Part shown: piece by piece, positions 52,880 to 64,000 of the stretch
Numbering within the stretch: the stretch's first letter is position 1
Layout of the letters: every line of letters starts with the position of its first letter
Origin: Octopus sinensis
Lineage: Eukaryota
Direction of reading: 5' to 3'
NCBI RefSeq assembly: GCF_006345805.1
Contig: NC_042997.1
Location: 148,676,001-148,740,000, forward strand
DNA length: 64,000 bases
Position numbers and translations under genes: made by a program
The notes under the pieces: model-generated
Seen by the model: only the letters and a program-made list of their open reading frames with translations
Databases searched by the model: none
What the model was told of the DNA's origin: nothing

Positions 52880-54090
52880 ACCTCACTAATCATAATTGAT
52901 ACCCTCAGATGCCTCTCGCCATTTTGCAGGCCTTCCTATTTTTTCCATGTATACTCGTTAATTATTGTGATGTCAGTACCTGCGTCCAACTTTAATCTCG
53001 TATTCACATTACTTTTATAGATACACATTTTCTTATTTGTGCGTCGCTTTCCCTTTGTGTTGACAATGCATTTTTTCTCGAATCTTTTTTGTTCGACTAT
53101 TTTCCTTTCACCCAACAATATACATTCTTGCGTCCAAGAATTTACATTGTTTGGACAGTTTTTTCAAATGCATTTCTCTACATCCATAACATGGTTTTGA
53201 TCTTGACTGTTGTTTTTCTTTTTTCGTATCTGTTACCGGTCGACACGTACCTATATTTCAATAATCGTTATCAATTTTTTTTGCGTCCTGTAGTAGATTT
53301 ATAATTCTCTCGCATACTATAGCGACTATTTGTAGAGTTAGCTTTGAATCTCGTTCACAATTTGTCAATATTCAAGCCCTTATCTCTGCATCTTTACTTG
53401 CCATTAATCCTTGTACGAAGATTAAACATTTGAACATGTCCGGGCTTAATTCGAAGAGTTTAACTTTTTCCCATTCTCTGTTTACGATTCCGGCATACGT
53501 GACGAGATCTTTGCGCTCCTTTCTCTTCTTTTTTTTAAAATTTAAACACTCCCAGCGAATATTAAATAGTGAACTTCTTTCACTGAACATTTTAGATAAT
53601 AGCTTAATTGTTTCCTCGAAACAACTTTCGGATAGTCTTCACGACAATATGTAAGTTCACAATTTTCATGTATTGCTGTTGATGATTTCCTTAAAAGAAG
53701 ACGTACCTTCTTTTCGTCCGTCCAGCTTTTACACTTCCTTGACGACTCCTTCACACCGTCTGAAGTATGCAGAAAACATAACCTCTTCTGGATTGTACGT
53801 AAATTCTTCAATTGAATTCTCAAACGCTTCTACACAAAATCGAACCTGAAGGGTTTTTTGACTGCAACGATAATTCCAACAACTGTTGATATGGTTGTTG
53901 ACGTTGTAGTTGCTGTTGAACCTGTTCTTGCTGTTTGTGTTGTTCTTGTTCTTTCTGCTGTGGCTGCCGTTGCACCTGCTGCTGCTTTTATGTCCTCTGA
54001 ACACACTGTATTCAAAGGTTATAACAACACAGATATAAACCACGGACAACACGTAACAAACAATATCACTTCTCAACGACTTCTACGATG
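52880..54090 (-). mobile_element. Ty3/Gypsy-like LTR retrotransposon gag-protease remnant
   Basis: Minus-strand fragments FENSIEEFTYNPEE..FSAYFRR, WTDEKKVRLLLRK, SSLFNIRWECLN..YAGIVNRE..FKCLIFVQGL..KDAEIR, and the protease-like LKLDAGTDITII. LTRs were not identified. Confidence 0.75.
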
Positions 54091-54464
54091 GTCTTCACAA
54101 AGTACCTGAGCACATCATACTGTTCTCTCACTGACAGTGCGCATGCGTCTTCATACGGTTTTTGGACAGTTGATTTGCTATCCCACAGGGGTCTCAGGAT
54201 TTGTGCATAACATAAAAATATGAGCACAAACCAACTTTTTAATTCAGATTCTTACACTTCATATTTCATAACAATACATGGCAATAGCATTATCTATCCT
54301 TTATAGGTCAGTAGGAATATTATCTTCAATAATTTCTTAGTTGTGATACTCTGTGTATAAAATTGAATATATTCCCACTGTCACACGACATGAAACACTA
54401 TCTGTTCGACATTACATTTACTGGTGAGATAAATAAGAAAGGTGGGTGAAATTGTCTCGCATAG

Positions 54465-54571
54465 AATTGGTGATGGTCCTGCGCCGTCTAACAATGGAAG
54501 TTCAGCGGTTCAACAGAACTATTTTCTCCCGAATCAAAGTGAAATTTGGAAGGATGATCAGCTTGAATTAC
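54465..54571 (+). CDS. Weak candidate exon (RIGDGPAPSNNGSSAVQQNYFLPNQSEIWKDDQLEL)
   Basis: Higher-complexity sequence with an open frame and a good donor (gtatgt). The acceptor is uncertain, and a competing minus-strand donor CAG|gtaaat lies at ~54424. Confidence 0.2.
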
Positions 54572-54602
54572 GTATGTGTGCATGTATGTATGTATTATAT
54601 AT

Positions 54603-54658
<56 letters not shown>

Positions 54659-56569
54659 CACATGCATACATGTACACACACTCACACACACATACACACA
54701 CACAAACAAACACACACATTTTTCTATATATCACCTTTCAATCTGTCTCTGCTTTTTTATCTAGTTCTATATATATGGATGGGGGGATCTGCTCAAATAT
54801 GTGGTGTTTTGTCATGAAGGAAATGCCGGCTGTGTGCTTGAGCGATTATTTCTGGTTGCATTGTTCATAAAAATTGAAAAGTAGCTGATAAATGCTCTTT
54901 ATGCTCACTAGAGATTAGTGCTGGCGTTATTGGACCTATCTGGATTAAATTCTCAAAAAACAAATACAGTCATATGTCTCCGTGCAGAAATAATACATTA
55001 AAAAGGTGATGTGATGACAGTTCTGCTAGCTAAATGTGCAATGCGTTGAGTCACCCCAGATGCAAATGCTTTAGATGTGGGTTGCAATAGAATTACGAGT
55101 CTTTCAATGTTGAAATGTGGAATATGTGGAAGAGTGACTGCAATACTTACAGGGAGGTCAACAAACGTCATTTCACAGCTGGGACTGTCTTAGGAGGAGA
55201 CATCAACTGTCTCAAAAATGTTCTGACTGCTCTGAGTAAATGTTGCTGAGTCCAAATGGATGAAACAACATGAAGAAATGTTATGCAAAGGAAGACAACT
55301 TCATTATGTACAAAATTAAAAATTTGATTAGCCTACGATAAAATTTCAATTATATTTCCTGCTTCGTTTGCGTCGACTAAGTTGGACGATATGCCGTATG
55401 CTGAATAAAGAACCGTTATGAATTCCGTACTGCACTTCCCTATTAAAAGCATGTCAACCACATCTCCCACCAACCTTTCCTTTTATAAGCATCTCTGACA
55501 AATTACCTGTTAACTTTCTAATTCACCTGGCATATCCAAAAGAATTTCTACAGCTTCCAATACCGATAATTCTAGCAATTCTCTCCGTTCTGAACTTTAA
55601 TATTGACTTTAATTATGGAAATTACGTACAGTCATCCTATTGTATTGTGCAAGAGACGCTTCTTCTCCATCAAATGTTGAAATCAATAGAAAGTACTAAC
55701 AGTTTATTAATAGCTGATATAATCACGCTCACGCGGCTGTTATGGTAAATTAGATTGAACAAATAAGTCGAATGATTGATAACAAGGTGAAATTGGGATG
55801 AGATATTAATTAATCATAAACTTTGGAACATGATTCAATATTCAGAATTCTTCTAGCGTAATACTGGAGCAATCTTTGTGGAATTATTGTATGAATATTC
55901 TGGGTAGTTGTGAGTTCCAATATCGTGTAAGCTATTTTCTGATATTCATATGAAGGTTAAATATAATTTTTTTATATACATTTCTAGAGACGTCAGGTTA
56001 AGACAATTCTAGATCGAACAAATATAACAGGCCTGTTCGACCCCCGCTCCGTGAAGTATCTTAGGAATGTTACACAAGTTTTACCTTATGTAAACATAAT
56101 TTCTTAGGCAAATAGAGTTAACAAATGCATTGGAGCCTCGGCTTAAAAGTACAAGCTTGTGACAAAGGGTGCGCCACTGATGCTGCTTGAGAACTAGATA
56201 AGTGTAAAATAAAGAAAGAATTTAATTTTTGGAAGTTATGCAGGCGTTGGAGGTTCTTAGGTTCCCGGACAGGTTTAGTTTTTCAAGAGAACTTACCGAA
56301 TATATTTTTGACTTGTAAAGGTTTCAAAAAGGCCAACTCAAGCTTCCGCTTTTGATTTCATTTCTGGTTCTCGTTGTTTATTATTATAAACGTTATAAAA
56401 TCCATGCACGCGTGCGTACAGGTGTGTCGGTGTGTCGATGTGTGGGTGTCTGGGTGTCCGTGTGTGACATTCCATCTCTGTGTGCCCAACTCTTCTGCTT
56501 CACCACTGGCGTTGATGTGTTTAGTCCTTACAATTTAGGGAGTGAGAAAATGAGATCATTATGATCTAG

Positions 56570-56716
56570 CAGGCATGAGAAAATGCATACAGGCGGTGCC
56601 CCAGCATGGCCGCAGTCTAGTGACTGAAATAGATATATGAGAAAAGGATAATTAGGGAACAAGACTCATATGTTTATAGGCGCAGGCGTGACTGAGTAGT
56701 AACAAACTTGCTTCCT
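56570..56716 (+). mobile_element. SINE family A fragments (3' end, then a truncated head)
   Basis: gcggtgccccagcatggccgcagt...gactgaaata, followed by ggcgcaggcgtgactgagtagtaa. Confidence 0.65.
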
Positions 56717-56890
56717 CAATTTTTTAATGCCCTATCACAGAACTTCAGGGATCTGCAAGCTGTACACACGGAAGTCTTCAAAAATTTCTAGACAATTTTT
56801 TATCTGCAATTCGGGATGAACCCACATAGCGGCAGGAGGCACGAAGAAGAGCAGCAATGTCCTACTCGGTTCTTCACCAGAAGCAATACT
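56716..56890 (+). mobile_element. CR1/L2-type LINE ORF2 C-terminal fragment
   Basis: FFNALSQNFRDLQAVHTEVFK, then after a frameshift LDNFLSAIRDEPT..RRAAMSYSVLHQ. This resembles the LFN.LP..LR..FK..LD.FL..IPDEP..RAA.SNS tail. Confidence 0.6.
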
Positions 56891-56987
56891 TGAAAAATCA
56901 CCGGACGCAGTAAAGTCGGCGCACCAGCATAGCCTCAGCCTCTGTCTGAAACTCATAAAAGATAGAAGATATATAAAACATAGAAGT

Positions 56988-57023
<36 letters not shown>

Positions 57024-57031
57024 ATATATAT

Positions 57032-57072
<41 letters not shown>

Positions 57073-57846
57073 ATGTGTGTGTGTGTGTGTGTGTGTATAG
57101 GTATGTGTATGTGTGTATGTATAAGTATGTGTATGTGTGTATTTATATATATCTATAACTATATGAGTTTAACAAAATATTTCTAAACGTAATGAACGTA
57201 AAGGTAACACAAGAAGAATCTTGTAGTGAGAACTAATTAAATTGGAAAAGCTGATAGGAAATCAAAATAAATCGATTAACAAATAATAGGAAAAGTGCAA
57301 TGATGCTAGTTATGTAAAGAAGTAATTTAAAGTAAAATTGCATGATGCGAATAAACTTAAATAAAGGAAATCACCAGCTAATTAGTGCTACTTCAATTAG
57401 TCTGAATAGGGTATAGACCTAAAGTACTTAATAAAAAGACTGAATGCTAAAGTAGTATTCTAGGGAGCAGAGTAAAAATCTATTTATAGGAGCTACGTTG
57501 TTTATAATTGCAAAAATTCGTAGTATGAATATAAATGATTGAATAGGAGAAACACAGTAAATATTTGGACGATAAATGATTTTGGTGGGGAAGTTGAAAT
57601 TTGTATGCGAAGGTAAATTAATACGGCAAAAGATCAGATTAATTTTCTGATGTGTTGAGAATGATTTAGAAGTTTTTAAAAAGAAATGTTCACGGTTAAT
57701 CTGCTGATGTGTTTAAATAACTGAGAGATGTGTTGAGTAAATAAGTGAAAAAAAAAATGAATATTTCAACGACCGCATGCCTAGAATGAATATTATAAGC
57801 CGTAACTTCGAAGATTGTCGAAGCCAATCAGATAGAGAATATTTTA

Positions 57847-57880
57847 TTGATATGCCTTCTATATATAGAAGGCATATCAA
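57847..57880. repeat. Perfect 34-bp palindrome centred on TATA
   Basis: ttgatatgccttctatatatagaaggcatatcaa equals its own reverse complement. Confidence 0.97.
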
Positions 57881-58669
57881 GAAATAATTATTGCACACAT
57901 GCACGCACACACGAACAAACACACTCTCTCTGTCACACACACACACATCCATTCACTCTCCCTCTCACAAAACACACGCAACCCCATACCCACCAACCCA
58001 TCCACACACACACAGACCCCCTACGCCCCCACGCAACCGCCCCCACCCTCCTATAGCCCCACACGCCCCACACGCCCACGCACGACCCACACGCCCACGC
58101 ACACCCCCACATGCCCCCACATGCCAAAACCTCCACACCCATCCACACACACACAAACGAACACACTCTCTCTCACACACATCCACTCACTCACTCTTCC
58201 ACACACATACACAGAGAAATTCATGCATGAGCAGAAATACAACTATATGTCGGATCATCACTGAATAAATATAAATTCTTTGCTCCCTAAAGCACTCAAT
58301 GCATGTTATGCTGCAGTATAGCGATAATTTATAATCGATTTTTTTTCCACAGCTGTGTTCAGCAGTAGAATGAATAGTGAAATAAACTTAAATTAGTATT
58401 GCAACAACGACTAAACTAATGTTTGTTACTAATAAATTAAATAACAAATTAATCATCACAGGCATTTCAGTCCATATTTCCCATTGTGTACGTTTGATAA
58501 AATTATGGTTACATGTCACAGTTGAATAATAACAAAGGTTTGGTGCATATTACATAATGAGCATATTTAGATGTTATATAAATTGTAAAACATTTTCACT
58601 GGATAAATCACACAGATGCAAATACGTACACAAACACACACACACAAATTCACACACTCATATATATAT

Positions 58670-58815
58670 GATTGAAAAAGTTGGAGGCAACAAGAACGAG
58701 TACGGTTAAACATTTATTTTCAATTACTACAAGTGTTTTCATGCAACACAGTTCTCCAGACGCGCAGGTACTTTATTATGCAACGGCTTTCCTGCATTTT
58801 TAGACCTAGTTGAGT
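58670..58815 (-). repeat. Unclassified interspersed repeat, copy 2 of 3 (inverted, partial)
   Basis: gagtacggttaaacatttattttcaattactacaa...gcaggtact...tgcatt...ctagttg is the reverse complement of 62600-62740. Confidence 0.7.
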
Positions 58816-58959
58816 TACCTCATGGGATATGTAAATATTGTCTCCCTAAATTCAAAGTATCAGATTCAGTAGCGTCCTCTCTGTCTGTCGTGGCCCGGAT
58901 TTAGTAGTAGCTACTGAGTTTATCAAATGTGTGTTGCTGCAGAAGACCGTGTGTATATA

Positions 58960-60226
58960 TAGGGGTTGGACAAAATAATAGAAACACTTTAAAATTTCAA
59001 GGAAATTTATTTTAATATGGGGTAGGACCATTTTAGCAGCAATTACAGCTTGAAATCTACGAGGTATGGACGCGTATAAAGACTGAATTGTATCTAAAGA
59101 CATTTTTGTCCATTCTTCACCTAAAGCAGTTTCCAGGTCGTGTCGCGACGATGGTGGAGGATATCGACTCCTTACTTGTCTTTCTAAAATGCACATAAAT
59201 GTTCAATAATATTGAGATCAGGGGTCTGTGGTGGCCAGATAAGATGCTCAACATCACTAGAATATTCCTTATGTCATTCAATAACAACTTTAGCTATGTG
59301 AAATGGTGCATTATTAACCTAAAAGTTGCGTTTTCCTCCGGAAACGGTTCCGCAACGATAGGATAAATTTGATCACGTAAAATACTAAAATAGACTTGAG
59401 TATTAATTCTGCAATGAAAAGAAACCAATAGACCGGCGGATTTCCAAGATATAGCCCCCCATATAATCCCAGACTTTCCTCCATGTTTAACAATTAGAAG
59501 AATGCATCTAGGTCAAATACTTCTTTTGACTGTTTCCACACGTATACTCAGCCGCTCGTCGAAAATAAGGTAACGAATGACTCGTCCGAGAAAATAACTT
59601 TTGTCCACTCCTCTAGGGACCAATTCTGTAGGTTTTTACTCCACTCGAAATACTTTTCAACGTTTGTTTTTGTAAGTCATGGTTTTCTGATTGCAGACCC
59701 CCCGTGAAATCCCCCTTTGTGCAGCTCCCAGCGAACAGTTTTTGTGGAAACTGGCTTCTAGAGGTGGACATTTATCTCTGCAGTAATTTTAGAAGCTGTA
59801 CTTTTGTTATGCTGTCTAACAATTCGCGTAAGAGTCTGACGGTCCCTGTCCGAATGTCTCGGTTTTCTTCCGGTGTTTTGTTTCGACTAAGAAGTTTTAA
59901 CCTCTTCCCAAAGGCTGTCATTACTTTCGAGACAGTACTTCTTGATACACCAAAGATTTCGGCTGTTTTCGCTCCGCTAGCGCCTGCCATTTGAGTACCA
60001 ACAACTTGACCTCTATGAATGTGCGATAGAGCTGTCATTTTAATGAATTTTAATTACCTATTTCTGATGATATTTGAAACGAAATAGAAATCTTAGCAAA
60101 CCATATTAGGCAACATTAATATTAAACCGAAAAACATAAAAATAAACAAGCTTTTAAGGATATATAGATATCTAATAATTATGATGTTATGATGCTACGT
60201 GTTTCTATTATTTTATCCAACCCTTG
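58960..60226 (-). mobile_element. Tc1-like DNA transposon (1.27 kb, defective) with ~28-bp TIRs and TA target duplication
   Basis: TIRs are aggggttggacaaaataatagaaacac (58961-87) and gtgtttctattattttatccaacccttg (60199-226), flanked by TA. Minus-strand fragments: HTH GASGAKTAEIFGVSRSTVSKV, WTKVIFSDES, WPPQTPDLNIIEH, and SIPRRFQAVIAAK. Confidence 0.92.
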
Positions 60227-60320
60227 TATATGCATACACATATATACATACATATAAGCATTATATATATACATATACATACATATATACATACTTGCAT
60301 ACATACATACATATATATAC

Positions 60321-60388
<68 letters not shown>

Positions 60389-60391
<3 letters not shown>

Positions 60392-60602
60392 TTAATTCAA
60401 ACAAGAAAACACAAAGAAACACAACAACGCGAGGACGTGGAACAAATATAGTATTATTGTACGCTCATGAAAGAAGTGAAGAAGAAGGGTTTAACGTTTC
60501 GAGCGGAGCTCTTCGTCGGAAACATAGGAGAAGGAAAGATCCAGAGAAGGGAAGACAGAGGAAAAAAAATCGCCAACGGTACACACGAGGTCACATTTTG
60601 AA
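60389..60602 (-). mobile_element. Short PLE pLTR-like element in (TA)n carrying a minimal hammerhead
   Basis: Sister of 21019-21200. It abuts (TA)n and contains the HHR at 60489-60523. Confidence 0.75.
60489..60523 (-). ncRNA. Minimal type I hammerhead ribozyme variant (U4C core, palindromic ACGU stem III)
   Basis: The minus strand reads GUUU-CCGACGA-A-GAGC-UCC-GCUC-GAA-ACGU-U-AAAC. Stem I is GUUU/AAAC, stem II is GAGC/GCUC, and the cleavage triplet is GUU. Confidence 0.65.
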
Positions 60603-60836
60603 ATATATATAAACAAAACCGAAGCCAGGTATGTGAGCAACAGGTAGGTGTATCAGTTTGACGCTCGGCAATGTGAGTAAGTCTTTTACTTTTCGGGCCT
60701 ACACTTTCAGCAGAAATGAATAAGACAAAATAAACAGAGAGAGAATAAAATATCTTGTGGATATAGCGGTCAAACATGGCGAATGTTTGGGGGAAAAATG
60801 TTTCAGAGGAGAGGCAGAAAGAAGGGGAGAAGTCTG

Positions 60837-60887
<51 letters not shown>

Positions 60888-61009
60888 CTGCATAGTAAAC
60901 ACGCGGACAAGCACGCATGCGTGCATATATAGAAATACAACGAAACAGACATACATCGTTCGGGGAAGAGGAGAGGGAGAGAGTTAATTGAATTATTATT
61001 ATTTTTCTA

Positions 61010-62480
61010 TTGTGTTATATCTGGAAACTAAAAATTTGGCACGGTTACAATATCTTGAGATTTTCTCAGAATGATTGTTTACTGTTTACTATGTTTCGTT
61101 ACTTAAGAAAATGTACAAGATTTCCTTAAGGCACAAGTCGCATATGCCGGATAATATATTATATAGGTGTGTATTTTATTGTTATTGACCATTCTATTTC
61201 ATATTTTATTTTTCTTCCTTTTAATCTCGCTAGTAAAGTAGTGTGTCACCGGCTTATCTTTCGAGATGAGGAGGTATGGTTGCAATAATGGGTCTTGAAT
61301 TGCTTTTCGGAGGCTCCTATGCATGCCTATTCATGTTGTGTTGCAGTGATTGTGCATTTGTATACGATGATGTTTTCGCATGCGTTGGTTCATAAGCGGA
61401 CATGTAGGTTACTTGCGACGGCTCTGATTTTCACTATTATTATTATTGTAGTTTTCTTTTGTTTTTATGATGCCCGGGTTCATTAGCAGAGTCTGAAGTG
61501 TTCTTGATGTTATTGCCTGTTTTGTTGATACTTTTCTGTGCTTTTGGGCCGACCCTATTATTACTATCACCGTCGCTATCTATGTTTTTGTGATCCCTGT
61601 TATGTTTACTTTTGTTATTGACCCTATACCCTGCGATGTTTTGTTCTGTTTGTTCCTTGTCGGTGGTCGTTGTTTGCGTCTATAGATGTTTTATTGTTTT
61701 ATTTGTGTATTTAGTACGCCATGTCGTTGGATGTGGCGTACGATACTTTCAGTGTACTTTTTGCAGATATGATGATATTTATGTGTTATAGTGAAGCACC
61801 TAACTAACACTGCAAGGAAATGTTTACCTATCTACAATTATATTTGCAATCCGAAAATTGGGTTATCCCGTAAAACCTCGGAATTTTTGTAATTTTCGTT
61901 TGGTTCCTGTAACCTATTTTGTGAGTTTGTCGTATTTGTGCCTGGTTTTGATATTATTATTCGTTTGAATTTTGTTCATTTTTTCTTCATATCCTTCCAT
62001 TGTGTCTTGGATTTTTATGTTTTTGTTGTTATGGGTTTGTTATTGGTTTTCCTCTTGCATGTGTTTTCTACCTTAGGTGTGTGGGTATCAGTATTATTTA
62101 GGATTTCGTCACGTGGGAACTTGATTTTTTCCTTATGCTCGGTCATATTTACTGTTTCATTGTAGTAAGATGAATGCATGTTGATTAAAGTCTCATTGGC
62201 TGATAGGCATGATATTCGGGTTTCAATGTTCCTAACTATTCCTTTGGTTGTCGATGGTAAGACAATCGTTCTGTTTGTGGTATGGTTCGTACATCCCTGT
62301 CTCTAAGCTAAAAGTACCAATCTAGGAAAATTACCTTGTGATAATTACTGTCTATGGTTATATATAGGCCAAAATTTTTAAATAATTAGTGTAGATTTTT
62401 CTGTATCTCTATTTTTCTGTATCGTCTCTGTATAGACCTTCCGCTATTTGTGGGTATGAGAGTTTGATGTGCAATAAGAT
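61010..62480 (-). pseudogene. Old Penelope-like element: GIY-YIG pseudogene (~61050-61375) with a decayed upstream ORF
   Basis: Minus strand: NIIVYKCTITATQHE*ACIGASEKQFKTHYCNHTSS..*HTTLLARLKGRKIKYEIEWSI, then after a frameshift ICDLCLKEILYIFL. This is the same endonuclease type as 27643-28083. The upstream boundary is uncertain. Confidence 0.75.
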
Positions 62481-62594
62481 GAACATTTTTACGTTATCCC
62501 TGAACTGAGCTGCGTCACTCGAACCTATTCGTTTATCGAATGAATTCGTTCTATCCGATATCATCCCTAGTTTGTTGTCATAATTAGTAACGGT

Positions 62595-62880
62595 TTAGGA
62601 AACAACTAGATCTTCTAATGCAGAGAAACGGTTGCGTAATCAAGTACCTGCACGCCTGAAGAATTACGCTGCGTGGAAACAATTGTAGTGGTTGAAAATA
62701 AATGTCCAACTGTACTCCTTCTCGTTGACTCCAAATTTTTAAAATAATCTATTCACACACGACAAAAGCCCAAGCACAAACCTAGAAGTACGTATGATAC
62801 TACTACTGGATAGCACATCATGAAATATGAAGGAGGACGAGCTTATACTATATTCTACCATGTTCTTAACAAAATATACT
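62595..62880 (+). repeat. Unclassified interspersed repeat, copy 3 of 3
   Basis: See 46360-46635. Confidence 0.8.
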
Positions 62881-64000
62881 ATAACTATATAAATAAATAA
62901 ATAATAAATAAATAAAAAAATAAATAGATATGTCCTATACTTATTGTGTTTCGGTTTTTCCCATCGTTGGTGATGTCCTGTACTTGATTATTTCATATTT
63001 ATTTATAATCGAACCCCAAGCAGCCTTGTCTACAACAAGTTTTTACTTTTATTTATAACTACTGGGACTCTACTCCCTGTTCTCTTTCTTCATTCATTCA
63101 TTCATTCATTCATTCATTCATTATTTCTTTCTTTCTGTCTTTCTTTCCTTCTTTCTTTCTTTCTTTCTTTCTCTCTACCCATCCACATTCCTCCTTATTT
63201 TCCATTTCTCCCACTCCTTTGCTGTCCCATGTCTATCTTTGTTCGATCCCTAACTATACTTCGTTGCTCCTCCCTATTTCTCACTCCCTTAGTTTCTTTC
63301 CGTCATCTTCTCTATTGTTTCCTTTCTCCTCTGCCTTTTTGTTCCCATGTGACTACAGGCAACTTTTTTCCCATCTCTGTATTATTTGGATGCGACGCGT
63401 ACTTAGCTGGACGTCATTTCTTCTCGCCTCCCGAGATACTCTCTCTCTCTCTTTTCTTTCCTATAATTATCCCCTCTTTTATTTATTCTATATCCTTTTA
63501 AAATTCCCCCCAGACGTTACTTATTACAACGCGCCTTGGCCTAACAGCCCTTAACGCTTATCTTGGTCGATGTTTACTCTGTACGTTCACCCTATTGTTG
63601 TTTGTTCGTTCGAAGCTGTAACTCTCCAGAAATTAACACACACGCACGCACACACACACGCACACACACACATACACTTACACACACGTACACACACCCA
63701 CACGTACACACACATATACGTATATATAATATATATACACACATTCTGGGGAGAAGTTTATTTAATTTCTGATTGAATCCTTGAATTAATGACATGCCAT
63801 TAGTGTTATGTGATACTGCTTTTATTCATAGGTATTTTACTGAGATTCCATGAAAATTGATGATAGTAATTTGGAAACCACTAGTATCTACGGACAAGTA
63901 GGGTATCTTATAGAAAACTTTAAAACTGCACTCCTGCATTGATATGTATTGACTGCTTTTGTTGTTTGTCTGCGAAATGCATAGTAAGGTACGAATATCT

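Noticed and set aside
57891-58268. Pro/His/Thr-rich ORFs
   Set aside because: Degenerate (CA)n/(CCCA)-type low-complexity DNA.
60683-60712. Minus-strand CTGAAAG-tgtaggccc-GAAAAGTA as another hammerhead
   Set aside because: The core is not CUGANGA, and stems I and III do not pair. At most it is a fossil.

Overview
AT-rich, microsatellite-dense eukaryotic DNA. The tRNA-derived SINE families and simple-repeat load resemble an octopus (coleoid cephalopod) genome; this is an inference. No host gene can be called with confidence, only a few low-confidence exon candidates. Nearly all ORFs in the supplied track are simple-repeat or transposon artefacts. The window is mostly transposon debris: two mariner remnants, a Tc1 element with TIRs, a Gypsy gag/protease fragment, RTE and CR1-type LINE tails, a zinc-knuckle ORF1, Helitron/Helentron-like elements, many SINEs and several Penelope-like elements (PLEs). 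The most notable structure is a young PLE insertion at about 26.7-28.8 kb. It is a near-perfect palindrome of about 2 kb (arms of about 833 bp) around an uninterrupted GIY-YIG endonuclease frame. Each arm carries a complete type I hammerhead ribozyme (HHR) with a palindromic stem III, and both ends sit in (TA)n. A second, 35-nt minimal HHR variant (U4C core) lies in a roughly 200-bp (TA)n-embedded element at 60.4-60.6 kb. That element's sister copy at 21.0-21.2 kb has an 18-bp deletion that removes the cleavage site. (TA)n tracts repeatedly mark the breakpoints of insertions, duplications and short perfect palindromes. All coordinates, alignments and folds were worked out by eye.
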